A DNA stretch of 64,000 nt, taken from assembly GCA_951406725.2 (NCBI GenBank), contig OX597815.1, forward strand, positions 15,996,001 to 16,060,000, in the 5' to 3' direction. Source of the DNA: Octopus vulgaris (Eukaryota). The position numbers and the translations under genes are program-made. The notes under the pieces were generated by a model. The model had not been told where the DNA came from and did not search any database. It was given only the letters and a program-made list of their open reading frames with translations. Below are positions 1 to 14,700 of this stretch, piece after piece. Numbering within the stretch: position 1 is the stretch's first letter; each line of letters opens with the position of its first letter.

Positions 1-213
1 TTATTTAGGAATGGGCAAAGGTATAGGTTATATGAGAAAGGGAGTACAAGTGAGTGGAAGTACCTCAATTAGAATCGTTTGCAAACTAAAATTCTCTGGA
101 TTTACATAGGAATTTTTAATTGTTCCCATTGCAAGTCTATTTTTAGATAACTTCTGATTCTCAGGTTGATTCAAGCTTCTTACCTTACATTCAATATATA
201 GTATCTTTTCCAG

Positions 214-504
214 ATAAACAGGCTCAAGATGCTAATGCAGCCGCATGGGCTGCTTATTATGCTCAGTATTATGCACAGTATGGTCAATATGGTCAGTACC
301 AGGCCCAGCAAGGAGGCCAAGGGGCCCCTCAACAGCCAGGCCAACCAACTGGCCCAGGAGCACCCCAACAACCCCAGTTACAGCAGCCACCTCAACAGCA
401 GCCCCAACAACAACAACCCCAACAGCAACAGCCTCAGCAACAAGTTGCACCCCAGCAGACGCAGCAGCAAGCTGCACAACAACCCCAGCAACAGCAGCAG
501 CCTG
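214..504 (+). CDS. FUBP1: FUBP/KHSRP/PSI-family RNA-binding protein, penultimate coding exon (gene starts upstream of the window)
   Basis: Acceptor tcttttccag ends at 213 and donor G|gtgagt starts at 505. The frame from 216 reads KQAQDANAAAWAAYYAQYYAQYGQYGQ followed by a Q/P-rich tract. The AW-x-x-YY repeat is the tyrosine-rich C-terminal motif of FUBP/PSI. The phase-1 end matches the next exon. The symbol is a family-level call. Confidence 0.88.
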
Positions 505-799
505 GTGAGTGATAATTGGAAATATTTTAATGTTTCAGAGTGTTTGTATTCACAATCTGAATATAGAGGTTCATTTTTCAACATGTAATAGATTTAAAAT
601 ATATGTTTCTATTGACCTTCAAACATAAAAACAGTGAAATTAAAAATATAGATATGGTTTATATTTTCAGCATCAACTTAGTTTTGGAAGCTTGGTATTT
701 ACCTTTAATATTCATGTATGGGAGGGAAAAATGTCTTTGCAGCTGTGTTGCTAATACCTTTTCTTCTAATCTATATTTTGTCTGACTAATAACTTTTGC

Positions 800-2250
800 T
801 TGTTCATTAGTCAACTCTCAACCAATATTTATGAAGCTGTTCAGCCTTTGATGTCACATTGTGTACTTGCTAAATTGGTAAAGTGGTTAGCCTTGTACTG
901 GCTTCTTCTGCTCAATGATGGGTTCTGGTTATGTAACTTTGTTGGCATTAAGGCTTGGTTGATTGTGTTGGACTACTGGATGTTAATAGTAAAGTGGAAT
1001 TTTGTGTGGCTGTACTACCAACAACATTCTCCAGATTCTCCATACAATGAAGATAAGAGCGCTCTTCTAAAGCATATCTCTCACTAACATATGTTCTTAG
1101 TCTTAGCTTCAAAGTGCAACATCATAAATATGTGAGTATGAGGTCTACTCTATGCAGATGGATAAGATAAGAGTAATCTTGGTGGTAGCATAACCCAAGC
1201 TTTCATACCATTGTGTAGATACTTAGTTGTTCAAGTGAACTTTCTCAAGCTTTAAGCCCAACTGAATTACTATGTTGAATGCCTTCGTGAGATCAACAAA
1301 GAGATCACATAAAGTGTCTTGCGTTATTCCACATTTGTCATGGACCAAATACCATATTCATGGTGTTTCTCTTCTGGACTCGCATCGAGTTACAGAACTA
1401 TCATGATTTTTTTTCTTTCTCAGACTGTTGAGCAACAGTCCTGCAAGAGCAAGTAAAGAAGTTCCTTAATTTTCTGTAGTGATTCTCATCAGCTTTCTTA
1501 AATGTGGAGGCAATGATAAAATCCCTCCAGTTCTGTGGGACATTTCCACCTACTGACGCTAGAGTCAAGGAACTGGTAAGCTCCTCCATTTTCCCATGCT
1601 TTTGCTGGGATATCATTTATTCCTGGTTCTTTACTAAGACTAACACCTCTTCTGTACTTGGATCATTTCAGTGTGTTACGTTTTTCCAGAATTTCCCTGT
1701 TGGCATACTTTGCATTGAGCATTTCGGTGGAAGTACTCTTCAAAATAGTCGAGTATTTCTCCTTTTTCCAGAACATTGTTGGTTCATTGGCAGTCCATAT
1801 ACAAAATCTGTCTGACGTAGCAATTGTGCATATCATTGAAGTAAACAGCAGTTTGCAACCTGTTGGCTTTGTTTTCCCATCATCCCTACTTGATCTTGTA
1901 AAACGTATGATTACAATGTCCTGGTTTCTCTGAGTTTTAGCACAGTTTGAACAAATGTTGGGGGTTTGACTGCATTGCTGTTTGAGTGAGACAAGGGGAA
2001 TGCATTCTCATAGTGAAACTGGTTTTGATGTTTCTTTGGGTTTTCATGCATTGTTTGAGCTGTCATATATTGCAGTGCAAAGTGAAGAGTATTTTTTCTC
2101 ATCCATTCCAAAATAGTCCACATTCTTCTCTGCCAACTTCAGTCTTCTATTAGAGGTTTACTGTTAAAACTACATCATCTATTTTGCCATGCAGTTGTAA
2201 TGTAGACAAGGTGATGATAGCAGCTTGAACTGCTGTTGCATCAATGTTCC
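800..2250 (-). mobile_element. Heavily decayed LINE (RT region) in the FUBP intron
   Basis: The minus ORF 1401-1616 contains GNVPQNWRDFIIASTFKKAD, resembling the LINE RT N-terminal vPqdWrdaiIvtifKKGD motif. Many stops and frameshifts; boundaries approximate. Confidence 0.55.
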
Positions 2251-2935
2251 CTTTTTTATTATTTTTCCTTGAAAGTGTTGATAGTGATGAGACTCTGGAC
2301 ATTGAGCCACCCCTGCATTTTGCTTAAAACACACATTAAAATCAGCTTAAAATGTCTTTGGGGTTAGACATTGCAGGAGTATAAATAATGATCATGGTGG
2401 TACAGCAACAAATAACAACATACTAATCTTATATATCATGATTATTTCATCAGGACACAGTAAATGTGAAGTGCCATGCAGCTGGTGCTTTTTATCAACG
2501 AGCATGGACTATATGGACACTTAAACTAGAAAAAACAAATGTTTTGAAGCATGGGGATGACTGGCAGTATTTGGTTTAAGAAAATTTTAGAAGAAAAAGT
2601 CTATGACCTTTTTAAATACAAATATCCCAGGAATAATTAATTCTGTGAAGCAGAAATCATATCATTTAAATTAATTTATGTCAGGCAGTTTTGCTTCAGA
2701 TGTTTTAATATTTTTATAAATTTACTGTAGTAAAATAATTTTTGCTTGTTTTCTGTTAGGGTGATTGTTTTAATTTTTTTTATTAAGAAAATTATATATT
2801 TCTATAGTATAATTATATAAAATTACGCTTTCAAAAAATTTTTTGTATATAGTATTAATTTCTTATTGAAATGATCATAGTGGATTTAGAATTTTTCTGC
2901 ACTGTTTTTTGAATTGAGTGGCTTTTTTTCCTTAG

Positions 2936-3102
2936 CTATCAACCCCCAAACTGGCCAACCTGATTACAGTGCTGCTTGGGCAGAATACTATCGTCAACAA
3001 GGGATGCACTATCATGCAAATATGATATTACAACAAGCAGCACAACAACAGGGTCAAGTGGGAAGCCAAGGTCAGGCCAATCAACAACCTCAACCCCAGT
3101 GA
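2936..3102 (+). CDS. FUBP1: FUBP/KHSRP/PSI-family protein, last coding exon
   Basis: Acceptor tttttttccttag ends at 2935. G+CT gives Ala, then INPQTGQPDYSAAWAEYYRQQGMHYHANMILQQAAQQQ...PQ with TGA at 3100-3102. GQPDYSAAWAEYYRQ is the hallmark FUBP C-terminal repeat. Confidence 0.92.
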
Positions 3103-6100
3103 TGATGTTCTGATTCATTTCATTTTAACCTATGGCAGCAACTAGGTAAATGTCAACTGTTTTTCTTTCATCTTTCCATTCTCTTTCTATGTCTCCCTTT
3201 TCCTAGCTTCCAGATCCAATGGAGAAGAATGCACCATCCCAATTAGTTCCTAAAATTATTTTTTTTATATATTGTACAATTTTACCTTGTATATATATAT
3301 ATATATAATTGATTAACATTTGTATTTTTCATAGTTTCAATAAGAGGCATCTTTTCAATTAATTTTGAGACTAACCAAGAATTTGGAAGAGTTTAGTGTG
3401 TAATATTCTGTTGAATATTGCTACAGACTTTATTAATTACACATATAGTATTGTATAATAGAGTAACATCAATGAATTTTGCTTAATTGGTAATTGCATT
3501 TTTCTTGGAGAATGAGCTGAACACCTGACCTCTCTGCATAGAGCTGGCATCAGAATACTTATATTTTGATAATTACATCAGTAATTTGTAGAATATGAAA
3601 CCCTTTAATGTTAGAATACATTTTATACTGCTCTACTCATTGTGGATAAAAAACAAATAAAAGTAGCTGTGGTTCATTACTCATAGTTTTAACATTTTTG
3701 TATTATTAAACCTGTTGGATTGTATCCATTCCATGTCATTTTCATTTAAAAATTTATAGTAGTTAACATAGTGTAAGTTAATGCAATATTCAATTTTAAT
3801 CCTAAATTGTAAGAAAAACTTTTTTGTGCGTAATATTGCTCAACAAATATTGTGTTAAGATATCTGTAATTCTCACTCCATAACTTATTGAATAGCCTTT
3901 TTTTGCCTAACATATTGCAACTTAAAAGATATTGCTTAGGATTTATGAAGACATATCATTTGATTTATAAAACCAAAAATTTAAAGTATTTAATTTACTA
4001 AGAGCTACATTAATATTAAAAAGAAATTTAGCACATTTTTGTAAGGGTGTCTAGTTTCCTTGTATTTTCTTGGTACAAATAACAAATGTGTAATCATATG
4101 TGCCAAAAATCTTTTAAGTAAATGTGAACTAATCAAAGTTTATGTACTTGTCAAGTTAGCATTGCAACCTACACACATTTTAGTGTTTCTGTATATAACT
4201 TGGTTTTGATTGAAAAAATACACCACTGAGAAAAATTTCATTATAATTGGTGATCTTCCTGTTGACTGTCTTGAACTTGTAATTTTCAGTCTGTACTGTA
4301 ATACTTGTTTGTTTCTGGTATATTGAGGGGTGAAGGGGTATGGTTGTATGTACAGTTTATTACTCTTAAACTAAACTAAGTAATTACATGGATGGTGCAT
4401 TCTGATTCATCACCGATTCCAAGGAATCGTAAGTATTAATGGTGAGTATTTTACATAATTACTTCAATTAAACATTTATTTCACTTATGTGGTACCTGGA
4501 TATATATGCTCTTGAATCACTCAACTTCCATTTTGATGGATTTTTCATATTTTGTTAAAGTAATGACTTATATCCAAAATTAAAGGTGGGTGGGAATATT
4601 TGTTTTTAAAGTTACCTTCTGACTTTTGGATTCCAGGTTACTTATCTGCTGTGCATCAAATGGCTATGAATATCAGACGTTTCTTTACTATATGTCCACT
4701 CGCCATTTTACATTTACATTTTTAATTTACAACAATCTTTCTAAGTTTTCTTAAATGACTAGAACCGTATTTGAACCATGCAAAAATAGTTTGCTTTTGT
4801 TTATTTCACACAGGATCCCTGAAGGAAAAAATGTATCGACTCTCCTGGATTTCTTGATGAAGCAGCCTAAAGTTGTATTGCTACTTCCACGATTCTATGA
4901 CATGCTTTAGTGGTCCTATGTTGAATAACAGGGTGTGTTTGCATGTATGTATGTGTGTGTGTACATGTATGCACTCATGTACATACTTTTGATTGGTGTA
5001 TTGTATGAGTTTTATATATACATATATAAAACTGTGTGTATGTGCATGTATTATCGTTATAGGTTTCAAATTGGACTGGATTTCCTATAGATTTGTTTGA
5101 ACATTCCATGTGCTGAGGTGCAATTTCATTTCACTTTAGATACTCAAACAGTTTGGGAGGGAATTGCAGCACATTCTAAACTATGTTCACAATTGGAGCA
5201 TACTTATAATAGAGTACCATCATTTTGCAGCTTCCGTGAGTGTTGTCCAACTTCAGTCATGCTGTTTCATGAAAGTGGAATCTTCCTAATCATTATATGT
5301 TCTTGCTCTCCTGCCCTTCCACATCTGTTAGCAGAGAGGCATCAGTATAACATTGTAACTTGTGGATCTAGTAATTTAAGAGCCATGAGTATTTTTAACA
5401 TAGTTTGTTAGTGTCATTAATCAGTGACCATTGTGAATAAGTTTCATTTTTGTACATGTAAAATATTCATCAGAGATCTTGAATTTTTTCATACAACATG
5501 GCCTTGTGTGATTAGCAACATATACAGTGCTGCTTTTCAGCCAATGTTGAAAGGATAGCAGCTGATTGAAGGTAAGATCATTGGGGAAATATGATTTGCA
5601 ATAAAGTTTCTTCATGTATTGACTTGTGTTTGTGTTAAGTTCCTGTTAACCTGCCCTCATGTCAGGTAAGTTATTTTCAGGTAGCACATTTTACAGAATA
5701 TTGTTTAGATGTTTGAATCTTAATGAACCATCGTATTTATGTCAAGCTCTTCATGAAGTACAGTCTTTGTATCATAGAACATGTAATTTCTTAGCACATG
5801 TTTTAATTGAAATCAAATGCATCTTGATAGTTTATATATTTTTCTAATTCCAAGTTGGGGTTTCTACAACATCATTGTTAGTGATGTGAAATATGTGCGT
5901 GTGTGTATGTAAGAGAAAGCTTGTAGATATGATAGTGAGGTCTAACCCCTTTACGTCAACTTCATTCAGAACTAATTGCCATTCTCATAATATCACAATT
6001 CATTTATTACCAGGGATATAGCGAACAGTTGTTTTTCACTTAAAGGGTGTGTGTGAATCATGTGACTTGCATTTTTTCTCTTTATTTATTCATTTATTTT

Positions 6101-7704
6101 GAAGGTGGCTGTCTGCTACAAAATTTTTATTCTTTTCTCCTTTAACGAATATAAGTTCTGGATGTTTCTGTTTCTATTATTAGTTAGTTACGTAAACCTT
6201 TTCATTATGTTTTTGAGATATTTCATTTTTGAAAGTGCTGTTTTAATTCCATGTATATTGTGCATATTAATGTAAAGTACCATTTGTCATAACAGTTTTT
6301 TTTTTTATATTGTACCATATGCTTTTAAGTTTTCTATCTACCTATCTCTACATATATATTGCATATGTATATATATATATAATATATATATATAATGTAT
6401 ATATATAGCTTGACGTTTTTATTTTCATACCTGTTTTAATCTCTTTTTATGCTACATTTAACTGTATTTCATACTGTTGTCATAATTCAGTTACATAAAT
6501 GGCAGTGTGACAGAAACCATATATAATTGATGGTTATGCTTGTCAAACTTTTATCACTTAAATGAGTTACAGAAATGCTTTAACTTTTAGATTTGTCATC
6601 TCTTTGGTGTCAGTTACTTTAAGCTTTGCCTCATTTTCCTTTTATTTGTATCGTCAGATATCTTCAGTTGCAACATTAATCCATTTGACTCAACTCTAAT
6701 GTTGTAACAGTTATTAGTTTTCCAGTATAATTTCTACAAATTGTTAATCATCGTTGTCTGTGGGGTGAGTATATTACACAGAAAGTTATAGTATTCAAAA
6801 GTATCACACTAAACCTTTTAATATTTTGGTTAGAACTTTATATTTTAAAAGAAAAAACAACCTTTGTACTATTGAAAAGTATTCTTTGCCAAAAATCTTA
6901 TTTCAATGTTTTCATATGCCATTTTAATTACATGTATATTGAAATATTGACAATTTAGTCTTTTCTTTGTATGCGCTAAAAGTACTTCCTCAAAATTTAT
7001 TACAAGTTACTTTTTTGGTATGATATGAAGTTAAGCATAAAATTATTTGAGTTATCAAAAACAGTTAATTGCTTGTTTGTTGATCAATTTTGAACGTATT
7101 TTCTATTCACTTACTTCTCAATTTCTATTAATCAAGATATTAAGGCTCTACACAATTTGATGACTGAGCTCGTATGTGCAATAATACTACACTAAATCAG
7201 ACAGTATTAAAAAGTTTCTTTCAGCAAGTGTGTTTAAGGATTGTGCTTTCTCTCTCTCTCTCTTCCCATTTATCTACATATGATTCTAAAATATATCTTC
7301 TTCACACTCGTTGACAGCTAAATTTTTATGAATAGGATGACAGTATCTTGAAATTCTACTAGAACTTAGTGTAAGAGTTTTTGTAGCTTAACGCTTGCTG
7401 TATTTTTTGTTATCCTGCTGTTTGTAGACCATTGAAAGTTCTTTAATGTTGATTAATCTCTCCCAATATAGTTTAGTAAAATATATTTTGTCAGTTTTAG
7501 TGTGGATATGCAAATAGGAAAAACTTATACCTGCCTCACATGTTTCATAAATGAAAACAGTTATCACTTAGGTGACTATTGTTAAGAAGGAAGATGAATT
7601 ATGCATTTGTATGTGCTTAAATTGTAATATAGTTATGGGATACTAAAAGCTAATTAGCAAAATAGCTGTACATGGCATCAAGAATTTGAAAAAAAGGTTT
7701 ATTA

Positions 7705-7915
7705 GGGCAGTGGATTTGCTAAATAGTTACAGTGTTGGACAAAATATCTAGTATTTCTTTCAACTCCTTAAATTCTGAGCTCAAATACTGCCAGCTAACT
7801 TTTGCCTTTTAACGTTTGGGGATTCATAAAGTACCAGTGAACTGGACTGTGAGATGAATATAGTCACCTCCCTCTCCTCCTCAATGCAGGCCTAATGCCT
7901 ATGCTAGCAATAATT
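7705..7915 (+). mobile_element. Old, decayed copy of the Meta-domain-like SINE family
   Basis: Contains ttctgagctcaaatactgcc...ttttgccttt...ggggattcataaagtaccag, a degenerate match to the copies at 44009 and 48181. Confidence 0.5.
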
Positions 7916-10900
7916 ATTGATATGGATAGTACTGCGTATATACATTAGGTTACATTAGCCTGATTTTGAGATCTGGTTTGATGGCTCCTTTATTTAGTCA
8001 GGTGTGGTGCAGTTAGGGGTAGCTTTGTGTTCTTGGTAAATATTACAGGTTTGTTTAATTGCATGTATATACAGTATTGTGTGATAAAGCAATTACCGAC
8101 TGCATAATTAATTACTTTTTTCTTGCAAAAAAAAAAAGTGACAAACTAAGCATCTGACATATTTAAGTTTACAGTAACTGTTTAACTATATGAATCACTA
8201 AAAGAACTGTTTTGAATGTATATCTATTTTATATATTTAAGTATGTGCAATATATATTTATTTCCTGGTCTCTATTAACTGTTTAATTTTTATTTTTTGT
8301 TTATTTTATTTTGTGTGTATGAACATAACGTGTGTGTTTGTGTGTATGAACATATATGTTTTATAAAATTATTGGTTTTGTTTTTTTATAAAAAAAACTT
8401 AGTCAAGCAAAAAAATGTATTTGATTTGAAGATCTGATAAGTTCTGTTTTTGTTAGGATCTGATAAATTTTAAAATCAATTGAGTCTTTGTGAATTGGAA
8501 CAGTATTCCATAATTCATGAATAATTATCAGCAAAACCAAAATGTGTTATATGCTGTATATTCTTTCTCTTGCATGTCAAAATGTCTTACATTGTTCATT
8601 TATTGACTTCATTTTGACCCAAATTACTTTTAGAAAAAGAAAAAAAAATCAATGCGGTGCACATTGACTTGGCTTTTGAGTCTATATGAAATTAGATGTG
8701 GTTATTATTAGGTGAGCATTTTTTAGATTGGAACTTGAATTATTACTACCTACTGAAATATTACTGCTCTTGAGTTATTCCGATCTTATTTGTTCTATCA
8801 TGATTATGCTAATCCAAAAATTAAAAAAGTATTGGAATAGAAGTGGAAGGAATTGTTTTCTGCCCACTTTTTTTTTTTTTTTTTTCTTACCCCCTCATTT
8901 AAACAGTTTAAAATGTATGCAACTGCTATTAGCTTAGCTCTTCCTTTACAACTTTCCACTTTTTATTTCATGCTAATTTTCAATTATTTGGATGTTTTAA
9001 TATTGATCACTTTCTCTTTAGACTTGCATTATTATATTTATTTTTACTTGAATATACAATGTTTGATATTGGTTGCTGAACTATTTGACTTATTTATTCA
9101 TTCATCTGCAGAGTTTAAGTGATTAGGATGTTTGTATTGCTACTGTCTGGTTTGTTTTTGATGTTATTTCTTATTTCACTAGAAAATGTCTGATTTTTAT
9201 ACCCCTGTCAATCATGGTTTGAGATTACAATATATCTATCATTCTTACAGCTATGTTGTTTTTGTTTTGTTAGGTGATTATTTTAGTAAAACGTTTTGAA
9301 AATTGAATAATATAAATGTTGCACATGTGACATGTATTCCTCTCAATTGTTTAGTGGTTAATGTAAAAAGCCATTGTAATAATTGTTTTTAATGGTCCCA
9401 CTCCTACTAAACAGTAGAAGATGCCTTGGTCCCTTTTGCTGGTGTATCTAGAGCACATCAACCAGTGGGTTTGGGCTGCTGTTCACTATCTAGTGGAGCC
9501 ATGCTTAGCTTGGATTAAAAGAACCCATTGGAACCTTGATGCTATAACCACAACCACAAATATCTTGGTATGTTTCTAAGGTTTCTCTAACTTTGATATA
9601 TTTTATTGTCTACATATATTTATTTGCTATATAGATTGTTTAACATTAAAATATTTTTTAAATATATAGGTGATTGCTTAAAAAATGTTAAGGATAAATT
9701 GTAATTCTGTAGTACGCATTTCATGTGTGGTTTGAATAATATAAATGTAATTTACTTGAATGTCTAGTTACTATCAATTAGATGGATTATTGCAGATATT
9801 TGATATGCATTTAAAAAATTTTTTAATATTAAATTATTTTATTATATGCTGTTTTTGTCAACTGTATATTGCTCTAGTTAATCAAAATATCCTTTCTCCA
9901 ATTTATCTGTAGTAACAGTAATATATTTTTTTCCCAAAACATGAGTATGATTTCATCTCCCTAGTTTTAGCATTTGAGGTTATGTTGTAGGCTCTGTTTG
10001 ATATACATGGTGCAAATATCTAGAATAAAACTGGATATTCTTTATACTTTAAATATTTTTGACAATTAAGCTAGTATTTACTGTTTTTGTTTTTGTTTTG
10101 TTTTTTTTTTAAAATTGTTTATACCAATTATTTTGCATGATGCAGGGTTGCAATCTTATCACTCCTCTCATGTGCTGTTTTGGCTTTAATTGCATTTGTG
10201 TAAGCCATATCATTGGATATTTACAACAAACACTAGTGTATCTCATGCTCAAGTAATTGGTGGGCATTATACACCATATTATTGTATTCGAATTCAGTAT
10301 ATATTTGTTTAACATGCATGAATTATGTTTCTGGAATTGAGTGCCCTGTTTCAGACAAATGTAAACTATTCCCTGTTTGCAATGACATTAGTGTCTCGCT
10401 ACATGGTGAGTACCAAGTATTCTAAATATTTTTATAACTTAGATTTTGTGTTCCTTCATGTCGACAATGACAGCCCTTATCTGAATCTGGCTGTGTATAC
10501 TTAGTTGACATTGAACAGTTTAAATATTGTTTTCAAGAAAATTTCGTAGATTGATTTAAACAAAAATGGAGCTAGCTGTCGCATGACATAAAACTTTTGA
10601 GAAATGAGATGGAAAGGGGAATATTAAAAACATGCCTGATAAACTTGTGATGTTTTTGTGTTTAGCAAAGTTATTTATTTGGATTTTTAAAAAAATTAGT
10701 TGACCTGTGAAATTTTGCCTAGCTATTATCATGGGACAATGAATCTTTCTGTGATAGGAATATTTTTAAAAGTTAAAAATTAGTATATTTAAAAAACCCT
10801 TGCTAGAATTTATTAGAATATTGTAAATATTCAAAAGCATTTAATTTAAATCTTTAAACAAAAAAAATCAATGGTGGAAGAGAGAAAATGTTTAAATATT

Positions 10901-11742
10901 ATTTTTAAATGATTTGGAATTACTTAAATCGATTTTAGACAAAATACAATTTCATTAAGTTTGTCTCACTTCAAAGTCCACCCCTGTATAAAGAATGAGT
11001 AATTTTCTTTCTCTTCTTTCCACACATTGGTTATTTTGGCATCCACTGATATCAGCTTTAGTTATTCTCAGCATGACTATTTTTGTATCAAACTCAGAAA
11101 TAAAAGCCTGAATTCCTTATTCAGAGTTTTACTTACATTCATTTATGTGGATTCTCTTTAGTTGACCATGTGACAGTTGTTAATACCCACTTTAAAAAGA
11201 TAAGGCTGTATTTCCTTAAGTTCGTTCACTTCCCATTACTAATCTCAATAAATAAGTATTAAACTTTCTTAAATTAATGGAACCTTGGGTTTAGTTTAAT
11301 TGTACAACTTTTGTATATAATCAACCTCCATTAAAATCAAATATCCTTATGTTGTTTCTCAGGATATTTTTCATTCTATCATGAACATTATTTGAAACTG
11401 GAGGATTATATTTACCTTAAATAGTTTCATGCAAACTTAAGTGTTCCAATAGTTGGGTGATGGGATGTAGTGTAGTTTGACTTTTACAGTCACCACCTGT
11501 CATTCTCAATCATACAATAATAATAATATGCACTTGCATTCAAAACCTGTACCTTGATACAACTGTCACATGAAAAACTCTTTATTGCATTTTATTGACT
11601 CACATTGGGAATCACCTAATTTATTTCACCAAAATTTTGTTCATATTTGAAGCACATGGAATTTTGATTTTCAACTGAAAATGACTCATTCTACCATTTT
11701 ATTTATTATTTTCTTTTTATTTATATACATGCATACAAATAT

Positions 11743-11774
<32 letters not shown>

Positions 11775-14700
11775 TACATACACATCCTTACTACTTATAT
11801 TTTCACTGTAATTTTAAATTATTTGCTATTATTCTGGCTGTGGGTTCAATTTTTTTAATTTTCTTTTAGAATATTATTAGTAGCTTTTCTCTCTTCTCCA
11901 GTGTTTATTTGTAGGGTATACATGCCAAATTATAATTTGTAAGATATTAATAGAGATTGGATATTAATGAGTGTTTGTGTGAGTTATCCTTGCATTCGCT
12001 TTGATATCTTAAATATTGAGCAAAATATTTAAGTAACGTTTTTCTAATAACATTAGTAACACCTTCCAGTTTTTAAGGACAAAAAGAAAGTTGTATGTTG
12101 ATAGATCTGAGGGGGATCCCCAAGGGTAACCAAAATAAATAAGTCCTCTCACTGTTTTATTTCACAAAAAAAAAAAGTGCTCTCAACTATTGTACAACAT
12201 TAGTTCAATGTAATTGAAGTTAGCAGAGGCCATCACTAGGCTACTGATAGCTTCAGTTAATTTTACTACGGTAGTTCTATTTCCTCTCTGTCCCTGCTGC
12301 AAAGTAATTGAGTTTATTTATTAAAAATTAATTTGTGCAATTAATTTATAACAAATGCCAGTGTATTTTAAGCGCACCATACGACGTCAAATACAAATTT
12401 TGAAAACTATCTTACTCTCCCTTTCAGTTTGTAACTTATCTTTATATTGAAGGGATACAGTAAACAATATTTTGAACGATGTATTAGCAAAAAGATATAG
12501 CTAAGAATAAAATGAACAAATTAGTTTTCTATATTGAGCTCAAGTTCGGTGTCATTAAATGTGGACTACATTCTAGAAAAGAAATGATGTTTAGTTGACG
12601 ACTGTAGTAAAGGTTGTTTATCAATTAAGTACAGGTTAGCAGAGTGGTCAGCACTTTCACAGTTTCTCTACTGGTGGCAGCAATGTGCTATTTTCTATAC
12701 TATTTACTGATGTGATAAGTGTGACAACACTTAACCTGCCAAAATTTTACCTACCGAAATGGTAAAATGTGCTGCTTACTTGTTTCTTGTATTCTATTTA
12801 TTACAATTTCAGTCTGGCTAGATTTCAATTTTCAGTTGAAGTCAAAACCAAATATATATATGAGAAATATATAATTTTTATACACATTCTCATCCCGTAT
12901 AAAAGAAATAAAGGAAGAAATGCCCATTTGTAATATCTAAAATCTCCTTGGTACATCATTTTGTTTTCCATAAAACTGCCAAACCATGGCTTTTGGATTT
13001 CGATGTTATTGCATGTTAAGATCTGCACTAATCAGCAATTAAATTTTATTAGTACCTGGTTGGTGATCATAATATACCAACTTATATAGGCATGTCCTGT
13101 GAGCAGTATTGTTGGAAAAGAGCTTTTGATATTTATCTGATGTACTCTTGATTTTGTTCTATAATCCAGTAAGTTAGGTATTGGGGAAGGGGTAACTAGT
13201 GGTAAAAGAATAATTTGCGTTTGTAATGATTAAGAATTTATTTGAAGTCAAACAATATCTCCGCCAGTGGTTTTATTGTTGTAAATCTTGGTTTTGATTG
13301 TATTCAGTATTGTCATTACTCTAATTTTTTTTCTCTTTCTCTATTGTTTCATCAGAATTGGTGGAATTTCTTCTGCGTTTGTCTTTATTTACGTTTTATG
13401 AGGGTTTTTATATATATATATATATATATATATAATTGTGGAATGGGCTGGATGGGTTTTGTATTTCAAAAACACTTCTCATGAGAGCCAGCTCTTGTGT
13501 GTTTCTCTGCATATTTGTGCATGCACACATGTGAGATGTAAAAGTTTTTAGATCCCTTGGACCATTTAGGTCAGCAATACCTTCAAGTACATGCTGGCTC
13601 TGTGGCAACCTTCCCAGCCCGTTCCTGAATGGAAAGTCTGTATAAATAATGTTCTGACAGTTTTGTATTTATTTTTTAATTTTTAAGCAATTGTGAATGC
13701 AGGTACATCCTGCCTGCTATAGATAAAAGTGCCAAAGCTTAACTCATTTAAGCGATTAACAAAATGTAGAGCATTGTTGTATTATATTGAATGGATATTT
13801 TTTCCGTGTGGGTCAACATGCAACTCACTTCTAAATAGTTGTAGTGAGGTTTTTTAAATTTCTTTTGTTAATGATGAGAAAACCATTGATTATTTTAGAT
13901 CATGTTAACTGGGTTATAAGTAATTTATTTGGCAATGTTCTACAGGTCTGCAAATTCTTCCAGAAAGTAACTCTGTATTGATGAATGTTAGGTTGTTGTT
14001 TAGTTCCCAATCAGCTCATGGTACAACTTGGATCAATAGTGCTTCAGGTGAAGCTATTCCATCTATTTATGTATCTAGGACTACATTGTGCTCACTTTTT
14101 TGTTGGATGATCAAGGTATGATTTGAAGGTGATTTTGTTTGCTATTTGTAGACCTGTGTTTTTGCTGAAATTGCTTTATATGGGGATATTGAGTTTTTAA
14201 AGATTGTGAAAATTAAGTGGTTTATCACTGGAATTTTAGGCTTCTTGTTTTTTTGGTTTTTTTTTGTAGCAATTTAAACTGCTGGAAATATTTTTATCTC
14301 TTAGACTGTCACTGTTTATTTTTTTCTCCTTAGAGTGCTGATAGTAAGTGTCAAAGCAAGCTGTTCATACTATATCATACACTATATAGGATCCTTTCGC
14401 AATTGTACTTTTGTTTCAGGAACTGGTATCTGTTAAACTTATGCTTTACTTACGTTTAGTGTCATGTTCCCCTAAGTTTCAATATAAGGCTACATATTGT
14501 TCTAATATTAAATCTTAATGTATATTGGCATAACATACTTTCCCATACTGAAACTAGAGTTTCCTAATAGTCAGTGGCAGACTGCGCAGCGTGAAATACT
14601 GTTAATATCTGAGTTTTTAAGTCAATACCTCATTGGGTGTACTACTTACTAGAAATACAACCAAATGTAGTTTAGAAATTTGTTTCTTTCCGAATTTTCC

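Noticed and set aside
229-588. ORF-track proteins of 119 aa (S/N-rich) and 87 aa (T/A-rich), and antisense ORFs
   Set aside because: These are alternative frames of the Q-rich FUBP exon; the true frame starts at 216 and has no ATG.
3099-3113. Box C/D-like TGATGA...CTGA at the FUBP stop
   Set aside because: The boxes are only a few nt apart and overlap the stop codon, leaving no room for a snoRNA.
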